This document shows, in pieces, positions 12,201 to 24,600 of a stretch of 64,000 nt of DNA. The stretch spans positions 66,588,001 through 66,652,000 of the forward strand of contig CM060732.1 of NCBI GenBank assembly GCA_030704615.1, given 5' to 3'. The stretch comes from Takakia lepidozioides. Taxonomy: Eukaryota > Plantae > Bryophyta. The notes under the pieces were generated by a model. It did no database searches, was not told the origin of the DNA, and worked only from the letters and a program-made list of their open reading frames with translations. How positions within the stretch are numbered: the first letter of the stretch is position 1; every line of letters starts with the position of its first letter. The position numbers and the translations under genes were made by a program.

Positions 12201-15170
12201 CTGAGGTTCTCGGTGAAGCATTCCCAGGATCAGATTCTGTTTTCTTTCCCCCATATGAGGTGATCTCTACAGTATCACTGCTATTCCTGAGAATTAAAGC
12301 CTCCAATGGTCCCTTTGGTACACTGCTTTGACGGTGGTGTGTGGGACTTCTGCCACTCAAGCCCCGCTCCCTCTCAAGAGATGAGCTGGCACTGGAGAGA
12401 TCATGACCGCCATCGTCCCTCTTCCCAGTCCATTTCTTCAACCGGCGGATAAGACTAGGTTTCTTGGAGATCCGCATTGAGCCCATATCTGATGATAAGT
12501 CACTATACTCCCCAGCACCCTCAGAGGGGTTAGATGTTTCAGACGAAGCACTCTCATACCCACCTTCCAAGTGTTCTTTGCTGCGTAATGCTTGAAGATC
12601 AGGGGCAGCATATTCAAGCATCAATTGCTTCGCCATTCCTTGTGACTTGGGACTCAAGCTCTTGTTGAGGTCCAAGGCAGTATACTTCCCAATGGGAGCC
12701 TGATAGTTGCGAAGCTCATAGCGAAGGCAAGCATTCACCCACCGCAAATATACTAGCTCTTCCACCTCGCTAAACCGATCAGTCTGCAATCCCTCTACCT
12801 GCCGGCACAGATCCTCGTTTGTATGTCGTAAAGCAGATGTGTTGGCCTCCGCTTGTGCCACCAAATCACTCTGCAGCAAATTTGCAGATCACTTTAGTAA
12901 CTTGATTAGTGTGACGACACGTGTGATTTGACGTAGCTTGTCGAACAACAATGCAGAGCCTGTCACAGTACCTCAGAGAACGAAAATGGTTGTAATCCCT
13001 GCTGATTCTACAAACCAAATCCCTAAAATCTGCAGCATTTCACAAAGAACCTGCAAGAAGAATACCAATGCACACACCTCACATAGACTGGAGAGACGGG
13101 CAATTTCAGCTTCTGCAGCATCAAGCTTGACCATGAGGTCCCTTTTCTGATGCTGTAGCTCCTTGCTAGTGCGTCGTAATTCAACAACCTCTACCTCAAG
13201 CTCTCGCAATGTTTGCAACTTCTTTTCCGTGTCAATGTCTCGCTTATTTCCCTCCTCCTCCCTTGATTCTAGGGCTGCAACCTTTTGCTTCAACATCAAG
13301 AGCTCAGCTTTGGACTGCCCGGAGTCACTATGTACTTGCTTTTGGAGCTCCCGGATCCTGGCCCGTGCATTCTCCAGATCTTTCGTCAGTCTCTCAGCAG
13401 CCACAACTTCCTCATTGAGCTTTTTAATTTGAGCCTCCAGGATTCCAATTCGAGCTTGCAACTTTGTTATCTGAGACACCTTCTCCTGCAATTTTTGCTC
13501 CATCTCCACGAAGTCATTCTCCTGTTCCTGGAGCCCATAGTACTCCAGGAGTTCGGCTTCCATTCTCATGTCCCTCTCTCTCAGCTCCTTGACAGAAGCC
13601 CTCAACTCTTCGAGCTCAGCTGCATCATTTGCCAAGGTATCAACATACTCACCCAAGAGGTAGTCAGGATCTGCAGGAAACAAGTCTTCTGTTTCTGATG
13701 TTGCTCCAGACGTAACCTGCTCATAGGCGTCACTAGCATGAACTTCCAAAAACTTGGGCTTCCTTGCAGGGCTGATACCTCTTTTGCTACCCAATTTTGT
13801 AGATCTCTCCTCTGACCCTCCATCCTTATTCTTGATAGGAGAGCTCTGATTATGTAGGAGAAAGATATCGTCTGGAACTTCCAACTCTTGATTGAAAGAG
13901 TTGAACTTTTCTATGAGACTTCCAACCAATTGCTTTGGCCCTGCATCTGGACTTGCCAGGCCATGGAAGTCCTTAGAAGAGTTTCGGTTCTCTTTAAATA
14001 TTGCCGGATTTCCTTCTGTGTCACCATGTGGACTAAAACCAGGCAACTCCCCTGAGCAGAGGAGGTCCTCAAATTCAGGCAGCAACAACTCTTGACCTCC
14101 ATAATCACTTCGGAAGCTGCGGGCTGGGGATACTGTGTTCACCCTCTTGACTTCTTCCTCCTGCAAAGATGACTACCCTCAGTTTCGATTTGAAAGTTGA
14201 CTATGCAGAAACTACAATGGGTCACCTCTCTCTGTCTCTCTCTCTCTCCATAATTGTCCAGCAAATCAGGCAGATCATGGCCTGAAGACCCGCTTTCAAC
14301 ATCTTAAAATTCAGCAAAATGCTAGAGAACATTCGGACTGATAACTCCAGAGTGCAAATATTGCTTTACACCGCTGGCTGTACATCCTTACCCTGCACTC
14401 CTTGACAGGCCCCATCACAAAACGTTCAAAAGAGCAAGAACTTTGCCCACCATGGCCATCAGCTTCAAAAAATTGTGAGGTGAATTGGAAAGCATATAGT
14501 TCTGCTCGAAACATACCGGTGTTTTTTGCTGCGCATCACTAGTAATATAGGAGAGGCCATACTTCTCGTGGTGTTGCTTCTTCTCATCCCTATCGCAGTC
14601 ATCTACGAGTTCAAAAACCACAATGCCCAACCACACATGATCAGCTTGTAACAATAACAAACAAACAAATCAGGCATGTGCCTTTGAAGAAAGGCCTTTT
14701 TTTCTAGCCCTTTAATGATGTCTACATGAAAATGAAAGGGAGAAGATTAGATGTACACAAGACTCTTGCTAGGAAAGGCTTATACAAGGACTAGAGGGCC
14801 AACGCCGCTGTGAAAAGTTCTGAGCTCCCAAAGCTCGAATTCATCTTACATTGAACATGAACATTCCTTACGAACTTTTCTGAAGAGCAGCTGCGCCTGA
14901 CCTGTTCGCAATGCCATTCATAGCAAAGCAACTAATTTCGAGCTACACCTGTGTCAGTTGGATAATCAAGGTCCTAGGATCAGCCCTGCTGACTTCAAAT
15001 GATTCAATGGCGCCAGAAATACGTGATCACTATGAATTGTAGTCAACAAATTCCTTGAAGTCCAAAGAGGAACCTGAAGGAGTGTCACAATGGTCACGCT
15101 TGTTCTTGAGTTGTGAGAGAGCAAATGCTGCTACAGAGCATGTCACCGCGATCCCAACCCGCACTAACAT
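9246..15170 (-). CDS. CHUP1: CHLOROPLAST UNUSUAL POSITIONING 1 (chloroplast outer-envelope actin regulator), ~1095 aa, 9 coding exons
   Basis: Exons 15170-15074, 14302-14226, 14160-13078, 12870-11536, 11317-11186, 10981-10800, 10362-10251, 9896-9750, 9368-9246, all GT-AG and in phase (3288 nt). Hydrophobic N-terminus MLVRVGIAVTCSVAAF, coiled coil, FSEVEELVYLRWVNACLRYELRNY, proline-rich tract, RAPEVVEFYQSLMKR, VDERAVLKHFDWPEGKADALREAA, FAFRVHQFAGGFD. Confidence 0.96.
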
Positions 15171-17700
15171 GTAACGAGATTTTATAATTTCACTGCCGTC
15201 TTCTCATTTCAACTCCGTAAGCACGCCCTCGGTACTAAAACCTTAGCTGACAATAGCCTGCCAGAAGTTGCGAATTACAGTCTCCCTAATACCAGGCATC
15301 CGTTCCTTCTTTCCCGCACCAAATCTCCACCTGACTGTTGGACCTCCAAACTCGAGTCTTTCCGATAGGATACAATAAGGAGTCAATTCAATCCCTCTTG
15401 TGCAATGCTTTTAGTGGTCTTTGCCTTCTGTTCAATCCCAGATACTAACAGAAAGACGGAGTCTACTCGAGCTTCTGAAACGCTTGTGCGTAAAGCAAGG
15501 CGTTTTTTGTGAGAGAGAGACCAAGAGAAGATAAGAAAGAAGGAGAAGAAAAGCAACGACACAAATACAGAGGGAGCACACAAGTGGACACTTCACTTGC
15601 TCTTTGAAATGCGCTAGCCTCTCCAACTCTCACAGGCCCACGGCTCTACGGCAAAATAAGAAGACGGACACACAAGCAAAGCAAATTAGCAAGGAATGTC
15701 AAGGAATCCCAGAGAGACTGAGGAACCTCTAAAACACGAAAACTACCGAACAAGAGACTGAACAAACCGTGACGGAGACAGCAAAGAGTGCGAGCCAGAT
15801 GCAGGACAGAGACAAGGAATCAATGTGTCCTATCCTGTCCTCTCAAATTTTCTCCTCATTTGCACAGGCTAAAGTAATGATAGACCACACCACACTCACA
15901 GGGTTCCAAGATGCTATCAGACCACCTCTGCATTACTCCGGCTTAACACAATGCCCTCATGCACTTCACTGGACCACGCAAGCAAGGCGGACACTAAAAA
16001 GAGATGATGACAGAGCAGCAATGAGGATGGTAAGTAGAAGGACCTACTCTTTTTCCCTTCAAAATTACCGAAGAACTGAAACAAATCCTAGAGCTTCTTA
16101 ACGCAAACAAGATGAAGGAAACAAGCAGGGGATGCAAACGACAGAGGACGGAGAGAAGGGGATCCTCTAGGTCTGCTACGGGCTGTAACTACCCAGAAGA
16201 TGACCGCCTCGTTGGCGGCCTGTTACGATTCGTAACGTGCCAGTCAAGGTCCTTTACGTATTTTCCGCGGGTCTAATTATTAGGGTCCCGAACTCAAACA
16301 AGTTTTTGACTTACAATAAGTTGGAGACATCGTCACCGTCCATAGCTAAGCAAATTTAAATAGTGTCGTCGGATCTTGTCAGGTTCGATCTTAATAAAAG
16401 CTCGTCTATTTTCAATGATACCATTTTCAAATTTCGCACACAACTTAACACAAGTTATGAATGAATGAATTTTAGTAGTCACCCACAGGACAATCCCACC
16501 TATTCTCTTTAGCCATATGGGTTTCATTAATAGTGGCCGTCCGACCCTTTGGGGGGTGCAGTGACATTGTTAGGCTTGTTTCGGCAGGAGTCAACTTTCT
16601 TCGGCCCCTTGTTCGGACAAATCTCTTTTATAACCATTCAATTGATATGTTTGTCCACCATTTCACCAAAATCAACTAATTCCACCTGATTCTCGGATTT
16701 AGTGGAACGTTTCATGACATTGCCAACTTTGAACTTGGAAAAACTGACAAACAGTCTGATCTTTTAATGAAAATTAAGGTGAGAGGGGAAAAGACTCCGG
16801 CCGAACCCGGCGTAGCTAAGAGCCACTTCGCCTCACGGCTACTTTCCCCTTTTGTTATAATATTACGAATAGGGCTGCACATTTCGTCAAACAATTGCAA
16901 ACGTGTTGCACGATGTGACTGCTTTCCCAACCGACACAAGTAAGTTGTCACGTCCCTATAGCCTTGACATATTTTGTATATAATATTTCACTATTAGTTG
17001 AAGACGAATGAGAAAAGATCTTAGAAGATTAATTGCAAGAACGGGGTCCAGGGATCAACCCTGAAATTCTATGGGACCCAAATATAGGAAGTTGTGCAAG
17101 CCCTTTCACGCCCTTCAAGTGAGGGCCCTAGTGTAGGTATTGCAGGAATGTCCAAGGTTCCCAGGCTACACCGCCAAACTCCGCCGCCCCCAAGAAACCG
17201 AATGTAGACAAATCCACTTATCATCCATCAAGCATTTTGCATCCAGTTTGCACTTTAATAAACAGTAGTGCAAGCAAGGGTAACGGTTCCTAGGGTAACA
17301 ATTGTAGCGGCGTTTTCTGTAATCCCACATTGTTGGCTTAGTCCCAAAACATATGACGCAGAAAAAACAAGCGGCTATTCGCGCATGGCTCCTCTTTGTG
17401 AATAGTTGAAAATACTTTCATCCATAATCAACCTGAAAAAATTTCATCCATTTATTTTTCATAAGTTGTTCACTAACAGACATTACATGAGGGAGAAGGC
17501 ACATCATGGAGATAGTTTTCAGCAAAGGAGAGGAGCAAAGGGACAATAGGGGCTTAACGATTTTCGACACTGATGGGTGGTCTCCTCTTTAAAATAAGTC
17601 GAGCCAACAAAATGCATGATGCATGTGATGTGACGGGCAAGAACAAGGAAGGAAAAAAACTAAAAATTAAAGAACAAGGCCTTGAATTGGTTTCTCTTAA

Positions 17701-18530
17701 CCCTTAAGTTCCCAAGCGACCTGAATCGTGTCACTTTGAATTTGCAGGTGGACCTAATTTTTGCAGATCTAATCTGATGGGGCCCACTCCTGAAGCTTTA
17801 AGGACAAGGGATTTGCCTCTAGTATGATGCAAAAAAACAAAATTAAAAAAAAACAAAAGCTACGACGTACAAAAAATATCTTAGTTCTCTCATTTACGTT
17901 TTCGGGCCTGAAAAGGGCTGTTGACCGCTGATGTGGCACATATGACCGCCGATTGCCCAAAACAGATTGCACTCCAAAGGCCATTTTTGGCAGAAAATTA
18001 GCAATTTTGGAAAAAGCGCTTCACCTTGTGGTGTGTGAGCATTACATACGCACATCCACCATTGGCTTTTAAAAAATTTGTAGAAAAAAAGTACTTCATT
18101 TGGAGGCACATTTTCTCTTGTCAATTTTGAGATTTCAACCCCCATGTAATTGCATGCATAGCAAGCATAGGTGAAAAAATCAGTTGGACCTGCAATTTAG
18201 TGGGGTCATAGCCACTCCACTATTGATTTGGAAATGGTGGGTCTTGGGGCAAGCAAAATTGGATAAAGCTAGGTTTTGATTTGGTCAAACCAATTTTTTT
18301 CTCACTTTTTCTTTGGGACCTGATATTTGAGGTCTGGGCCAACGCTATAATCTCACAATTTCCACGGTGGACTTGGCTCATTTTTTGGTATGTCATGCAT
18401 AAATGAGCTGGGCCCATTGCTATAAGGCTGGAATCTCCGAATGATTTTTGGTAGGTTTCTAGGGGCAATTTACTGCAGCTGGGTACCCAAAATTGGTAAA
18501 AAGTCAAAAAAGGGCTTGGGAACTTAAGGA
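17701..18530. mobile_element. Non-autonomous piggyBac-like DNA transposon (MITE), 830 bp
   Basis: TTAA on both flanks (17697-17700, 18531-18534). 17-bp TIR CCCTTAAGTTCCCAAGC vs reverse complement of 18514-18530 (one terminal mismatch). No transposase ORF. Confidence 0.8.
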
Positions 18531-20810
18531 TTAAGGAAAAGGATTAAAAAAAATTCCAAAAAGGGGAAACGTAAAATTAGGATGGTTGTTAAAGTTAGAG
18601 CAGCTATGGATGAACGTCGGCAGTACGTGCAAGAGGTAACTTCATCCGTGCTGGATGAGCCCAACTCACCTACACCTTCATGCCTACCACTCTCATAAAT
18701 GCATGGACCTACCTATTCATACAGGAGTAAGGTCCACATTCCACATGTATTCTACTTGGTACATACAAATAGGTGCCTACCCACCTACCAACACTATAAT
18801 TATTTTTGTCTAGCCGTCCGTTAAGGGCAGTTGATGCAGATTACTTCATTGTGAGCAAGAAGCCTAAATCCCAGAATCCTGCCCACTCATGCTTCCATCC
18901 CTTACTCGATATTATGTTCGCCCTACTCAGTTTGAGGTTGGGTAGGGGCGTGAGCACAAGCGAATATTAAGGATATTCCTTAGATGCCTTCCGAATATTC
19001 TCCAGCGAAACTAAAATTGAGAAACTAAAAACTTTGAGAAACTTTTTTTAACTGCTCACATAGTAGGCCCTCACAGCATCAAGTAACACCTATACACGAT
19101 AAACATGTTACCATGTAGGCGTGGGCTTTCCTCACCTTATGCGAACCGGATACCCCATAAAAACAAAAAACGAGGTTTTCAGTCCGGGTATCGGCAGTTT
19201 AAGCCCCAGAAAAGTTATTTTTGCACTGAGAAAATAAATCTGAAGGTACTCATATGCACCATGCCTATTAACATGTAATTCCTATGACCGCGGTTTGAAA
19301 ACATTTGACCCCTATGACCGCTGGTTGTGCTCACAGGATACCAACCCCCCTCAGTTTTAGTGCAGCCACATTACATTTCGAGCCCAGATCTGCATCAACT
19401 ATCCCTTAACGTCGTCCTCGAATGATCCTTGAAGGGTTCCGACCTCCAAGGTGGAATGATCCCTCATGGATCGTTCCAAAGTACAACGGACATTTTCAAA
19501 ATGGTCTCGATCGGGTCGGGGGATGCAAATTAAAACAAGTAACCAGGTCCGTCATCCATGAAGACGATCCTGTATCTTTGAAGGTGTATTTTCCTTCCAT
19601 AATGCCACCAGACGGGCTTCCGGCTCGTACATGAAGTAAGGTAATCGTGTGTCCATCACTCCATCACTGCATACATACAATCGATCCAATGTTAGGGCTC
19701 CACATTATGCAGTAATATGGAGGAAGAACCACAAGAATAAAGGGGACAAAAGCCCAAATTGCATTAGCAAATGAAGAAAAAATACCCCCCCCCCCCCCCC
19801 AATGAGCCATGAGGACTTAAAACCTTAAACCCTCCAAAAATCCGAAAATTATCAAAATTTCTTACTGAGTGAACAGGAAAGTCAGTCCCTTTCCACATGA
19901 CAAGGACATATCCCTGAAACCTGGATCTGAGCTCAAATCGTGACACGCGTCCTTTCCAGGTGATGAAACGAGGTATCGCATAGCCGGAATGTGCACGCAC
20001 TGACGTGGCAGTATACGACAGCAAGGGACATCTACTCCGGCACCAGATTCATCACGAGTGGTGTTACTACACGTGGAACAGAAAGTAGGCCAATGGAAGC
20101 ATGTCAGGCTCTGTGGCTTGACAGCATGCCACGTTGCTCTACGCCACCCAGAACCTGTGGACCGTAGCCAACCCGAGAGCGTATCCATACGCACCATTCA
20201 TCCATATGGATCTCCGTCATCCAATGGCAGACCACGACACATACTAAAATAGAATGTGCTCTTATCCTCCACAGGAACCGTTGGATGAGATACGATCCAA
20301 TCCTGTGCGAGAGTTTGAACGGTGGGATGAATACAGTCCTTTCTCGAAAACCGTCCGCATTTGATCTTATCCTTGTCAATGCTCCGATTGGATAGTAATT
20401 TTTCACTTTATCATCGGACGTCCATCGATTGTTTTTCATCGTCGAGGGCCGTCCGATGTGATCTGGCGAGGATAGAAAGCGGTGCAAAGTCAGCAATAGG
20501 GCTTGCGCCTGTTTTTAGTAGCCTACTTGCCTTTAACTCGCATAGGATGAAACGTTTCTGTCATCCTATATCACATCCATCTATACCCTGTGCTTCCAGT
20601 TTTCACACGTGTGAATGTTTGCCACTGATGGATCACTTGTGGAAGATAACTTCTTAAGTCTCTTAAGTGGCACCTTGACTAACTATGGCTATTCAGTTTC
20701 ATTTTTTTCACATTGTGTTAAATTTTGAAGAGATTGTTTTCTCTGAAGAGATTTGGTTTAGGTTTTTATCAGTATTCATTTTATCTTAAATTAAATTAAA
20801 TTCCCCTCAT

Positions 20811-21318
20811 TGTAAAGCCAGATTCTCGTCCACCCCGTTATTCCTCTTCCTCTACGGGTATTGAGCTATCGCAAGGATGTGTGCTCGGTAAAGCAGGCTA
20901 GCGAGATAGCCAGGATCCAACGGAGAGGAGTCAGAATCATTCACATGGATTAACAACACATCCTCACTCACACCTTTTTCATCCAAAACTCACACACAGG
21001 TACACTAGGGTTTACACACCAAACGTACACCGCCGCCTTAAGCGCGTGTTGATCTCTTTTATAAACGAAGGCCCACAATCTCATCTAACCAAGTGGCAAG
21101 CCCTGATTGGTTATTTGGATTCCATCCGGGTATCTGTCCAGATAGGATGTCACCTCATTTTATTTTAGAGATAAACTAGCTGTTAATATAAGACAATACT
21201 TAGTTTAAAAATAGATTGTTTCCAGCTGGTTTCATCCAAGCCCTTTTCCAACGGTCATCATCCAGCGTCTGTTCATCCAAATGTCGAAAAGGTAGGTAGA
21301 AGGAATCTAGCCATTACA
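20811..21318 (-). repeat. 3' LTR of the outer Gypsy element (shared ~500 bp plus a 9-bp terminal segment)
   Basis: 20820-21318 matches 39601-40100. The terminal TGTAAAGCC (20811-20819) is absent from the other LTR but recurs at 21321-21329. Confidence 0.92.
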
Positions 21319-21689
21319 TATGTAAAGCCTCCTGGCACACAGAGAAGCGAGCTCCAGCGAGCTATCTAACAAACATTATGCTCAAGACAGGGAGCAGTGT
21401 CGCTCAAGGTCACACCAAGATAGGATGAAAAAACCGCAACAAGAAAAACTTTGCTCTGCATTTTGAGTGAAGGGCAAAACCTTGTCGGGGAAAAACCCAC
21501 ATGGAGAACTACAAAGAGAAATGAGATGGATCCTAGGTAGGGAGCAGCTGAATAAAAGATAGTGTCATGAGTAAGTCTATGTAGCAACGGAATCAGAATC
21601 AAGCCGAGCACGCTTCTTTGGAGTTAAAGCCACATGACGATTCTCCACGTTGAGGCAGGTCAAATCAACTGCAGCTTAGAAGGGACAAG

Positions 21690-24600
21690 TTGAGAAACAT
21701 GAACTGTCCCTGCAATCTCTGCCGTAGAAAGATGCTGAGGAAGGAGACGGTACTGTCGACCAGGCAGAATCGCATGAATCAGATAAGGCCCATCGATCCG
21801 CATCTTGGATTTGGTCACCTGTTTGTCAGGCTGCAATCAAACACAAACAGTCTGGCCTAGAGAAAAAAATTTAGAGTAAACAACCCTACGGTTATAATTT
21901 CTAGCCTGAGCAACTTGAGAAGCCTGAATGTTGTGTTTAGCAGTCTCTAATAGCAAACGATGAGAAGTGAGGTGAGTAAGAAAGTCTTCCCATATGATGG
22001 GCTCCTCAACCTGAGTTTGAAGCACAGGGACATGAAGAGGGGTGCGAGCCTTGCGGCCATACAAAAATTCAAAAGGGGAAAAGCGAGTGTTGGCATGTAC
22101 CGAGGTCCTGTAGGCAAATATGAGAATGGGTAGAGTAACATCTCATTCTTCAGTGAGAGCCCCGTTCTTTTCTAACAACTGGCACATGGTTTTGTTAAAC
22201 CTCTTGTAAGCCCATTGCACTGGGGGTTGTAGGGAGCAGTCAAGCGATGCTTGACATCTAAATTAAAGCACACAACCTCCATCAGCTGGTTACAAAACTC
22301 CATACCCTAATCAGTTAAAATTTCAAGGGGACAACCATGGCGTAGCAGGATTTCATCAAAGAAGAATTGAACCATCTCGTCACTATCCTTAGCAACCAAT
22401 GGTCGGATCTCAATCCACTTAGACAGATAATCAGTAGCCACATGTAGCTATTGCCCTTAGTCGTAGTTTTGAGGGGTCCAACAAGATCAAGACCAACTCG
22501 GGCAAACATCTCAATCACCGGAATTGGTTGTAATTTAAGAGGAGTTATGGTCCTAGGCAGCAGTGTTTTGGACTTACATGGAACACACTTAGAAATGAAA
22601 TCTGCCACATCTTTAGTTAACCCCTTCCAATGATACTTTTCTTGGAGTCTCTTGACAGTTTTGTCAACGCCTAAATGACCAGCATATAGTGAGCAATGGT
22701 AAAGCTCAAGCAATGCAGGCATAGAGCTCCTAGTACGGACCTCCACGACAGTCTCTTGCCCATGAACATGAGACTACCTTAAGCAACTTACCTTCATGTT
22801 CCCGATGAGAGGGGAGATGATAGCTGACTTGCCTAAGGAGACGGAAAGAGAGGCCCGACAGATGAGTGTTGGTCTTACACTTCTGGAGGAGGGCTTGGTG
22901 AAGTAGGTCCTCCATGGTTGCAGCTGCCATAGCCAGCCCTTGGGTTAGTGTGAGCATAACGGAGTGTCCGCCTCAGTGATCTCCAGGGGAAGACTTTTAG
23001 CTCAACTGGATGACAAGGAAGACTTCATGAAGATGCAACCAAGGACAATGAAGCACATAAACAGATTTCCCTATGGAGAGGATTCAGTGCCAAACCAGAA
23101 CTAGAAGGACAAATGTACAGTTCAATCAGAGAAGAGAGAGAGATATCATACCTAAAATATGACCTCAGTGACAGGATAGCACTCTAAACCAACCTCAACC
23201 AGCAGAAAAGGAAAGCAAATCCCATTCAGACATGAGATCAGGTGGAAGAAAAGGAACAGTGGCAAACAAAGCAAGTAAATCGGATCCGTCAGGAGAGGAA
23301 GAAGGCAAGGGTGAAGCACCAAATGGTAAGCAGTGTGCAAGGTCATCTAAGGTAACATAAGGGGCAGAGGACTTAGTCTCAGTGCATGTGAGAGCATCGG
23401 TATTGCTGTTGGCTTTGCCTTTCTTGTATTCAATGTCGCACTCGAACATTTGAAGAGTAAGTGACCACCGAGCCAAGCGTCCCGAGAGTGCTCGTGGGGT
23501 TTTGAGAGCCTTCAATGGAAGATGATCAGTTTGAATAACAAAGGGGCAGCCATGGAGATACTGCCATAAATGTTTCACCCCAAAAATGACTACAAGGCCC
23601 TCTTTATCAGTGATCTGCTATAGTTCTTTTCATGTTTGTCAAGCCGCCTGGAAGCATAGGCCACCACATGTTCCCTGCCAACTCTCTTTTGGCATAGAAT
23701 AGCTGAAACAGCCAGGTCAGAGGCATCAGTCTGAAGAATAAAGGGCAGTGAAAAATCAAGAAAGACCAAAATGGGTGCACTGGTGAGGGCGATTTTGAGT
23801 TTCTCAAAAGCAATGATTTGGGACCTGCCCCAAAGAAAACGAACATTGCATAACAACTGATTAAGCGCAGCGGCAATGTGAGCAAAGTGTTTAATGAAAC
23901 GACGATAGTAAGAGGCTAACCCAAGGAAAGCACGGACACAATTTTTGTCACGTGGAGCGGGATATTCCCAGACAGTCTGAATTCTGGCAAGGTCAGGGCT
24001 AATGCCTTTAGCTGAGAGAAGGTGGCCAAGAAAATGAAGCTCCGTCATGCACAGATCACATTTCTTGGCTTTCACTTTGAGGCCTGCTCCTCTAAGCCTA
24101 CACAAAACGCGCTTCAGATCCAGCATGTGAGAATCAAAGTCAGCTGAGTAAACGTTGATGTCATCAACTTATACCAATGCACATTCCCAGTGCAAGTTCC
24201 CTAGAACAACATCCATGAGACGTTGAAAGGTGGCAGTGGCATTACATAATTAAAAATGCATGGTTTCAAACTGAAAGAGGCCCATCTTACAGGTAAACGT
24301 AGTTTTCTCCTTGGCTGACTCTGTGAGTAGAACCTGCCATAGGCCTGTAGCAAGATCCAAGGAAGAGAAGAGAGTGGCACCATTGAGTTGATCCAAAGTA
24401 TCATTAATGCGAGGTAAGGGATATACATCCTTTTTGGCTAGGGCATTGAGACGTCGGAAATCAACACAGAAACGGGTGGTACCATCTTTCTTGGCAACCA
24501 ACACGATGGGGTTGGCCTAGGGGGAAATAGAGGGTTTAATAACTCCTGCATCAAGCATCTTGGTCAGTTCAGTTTGCATAATTTTGCGCTCTTTGACACT

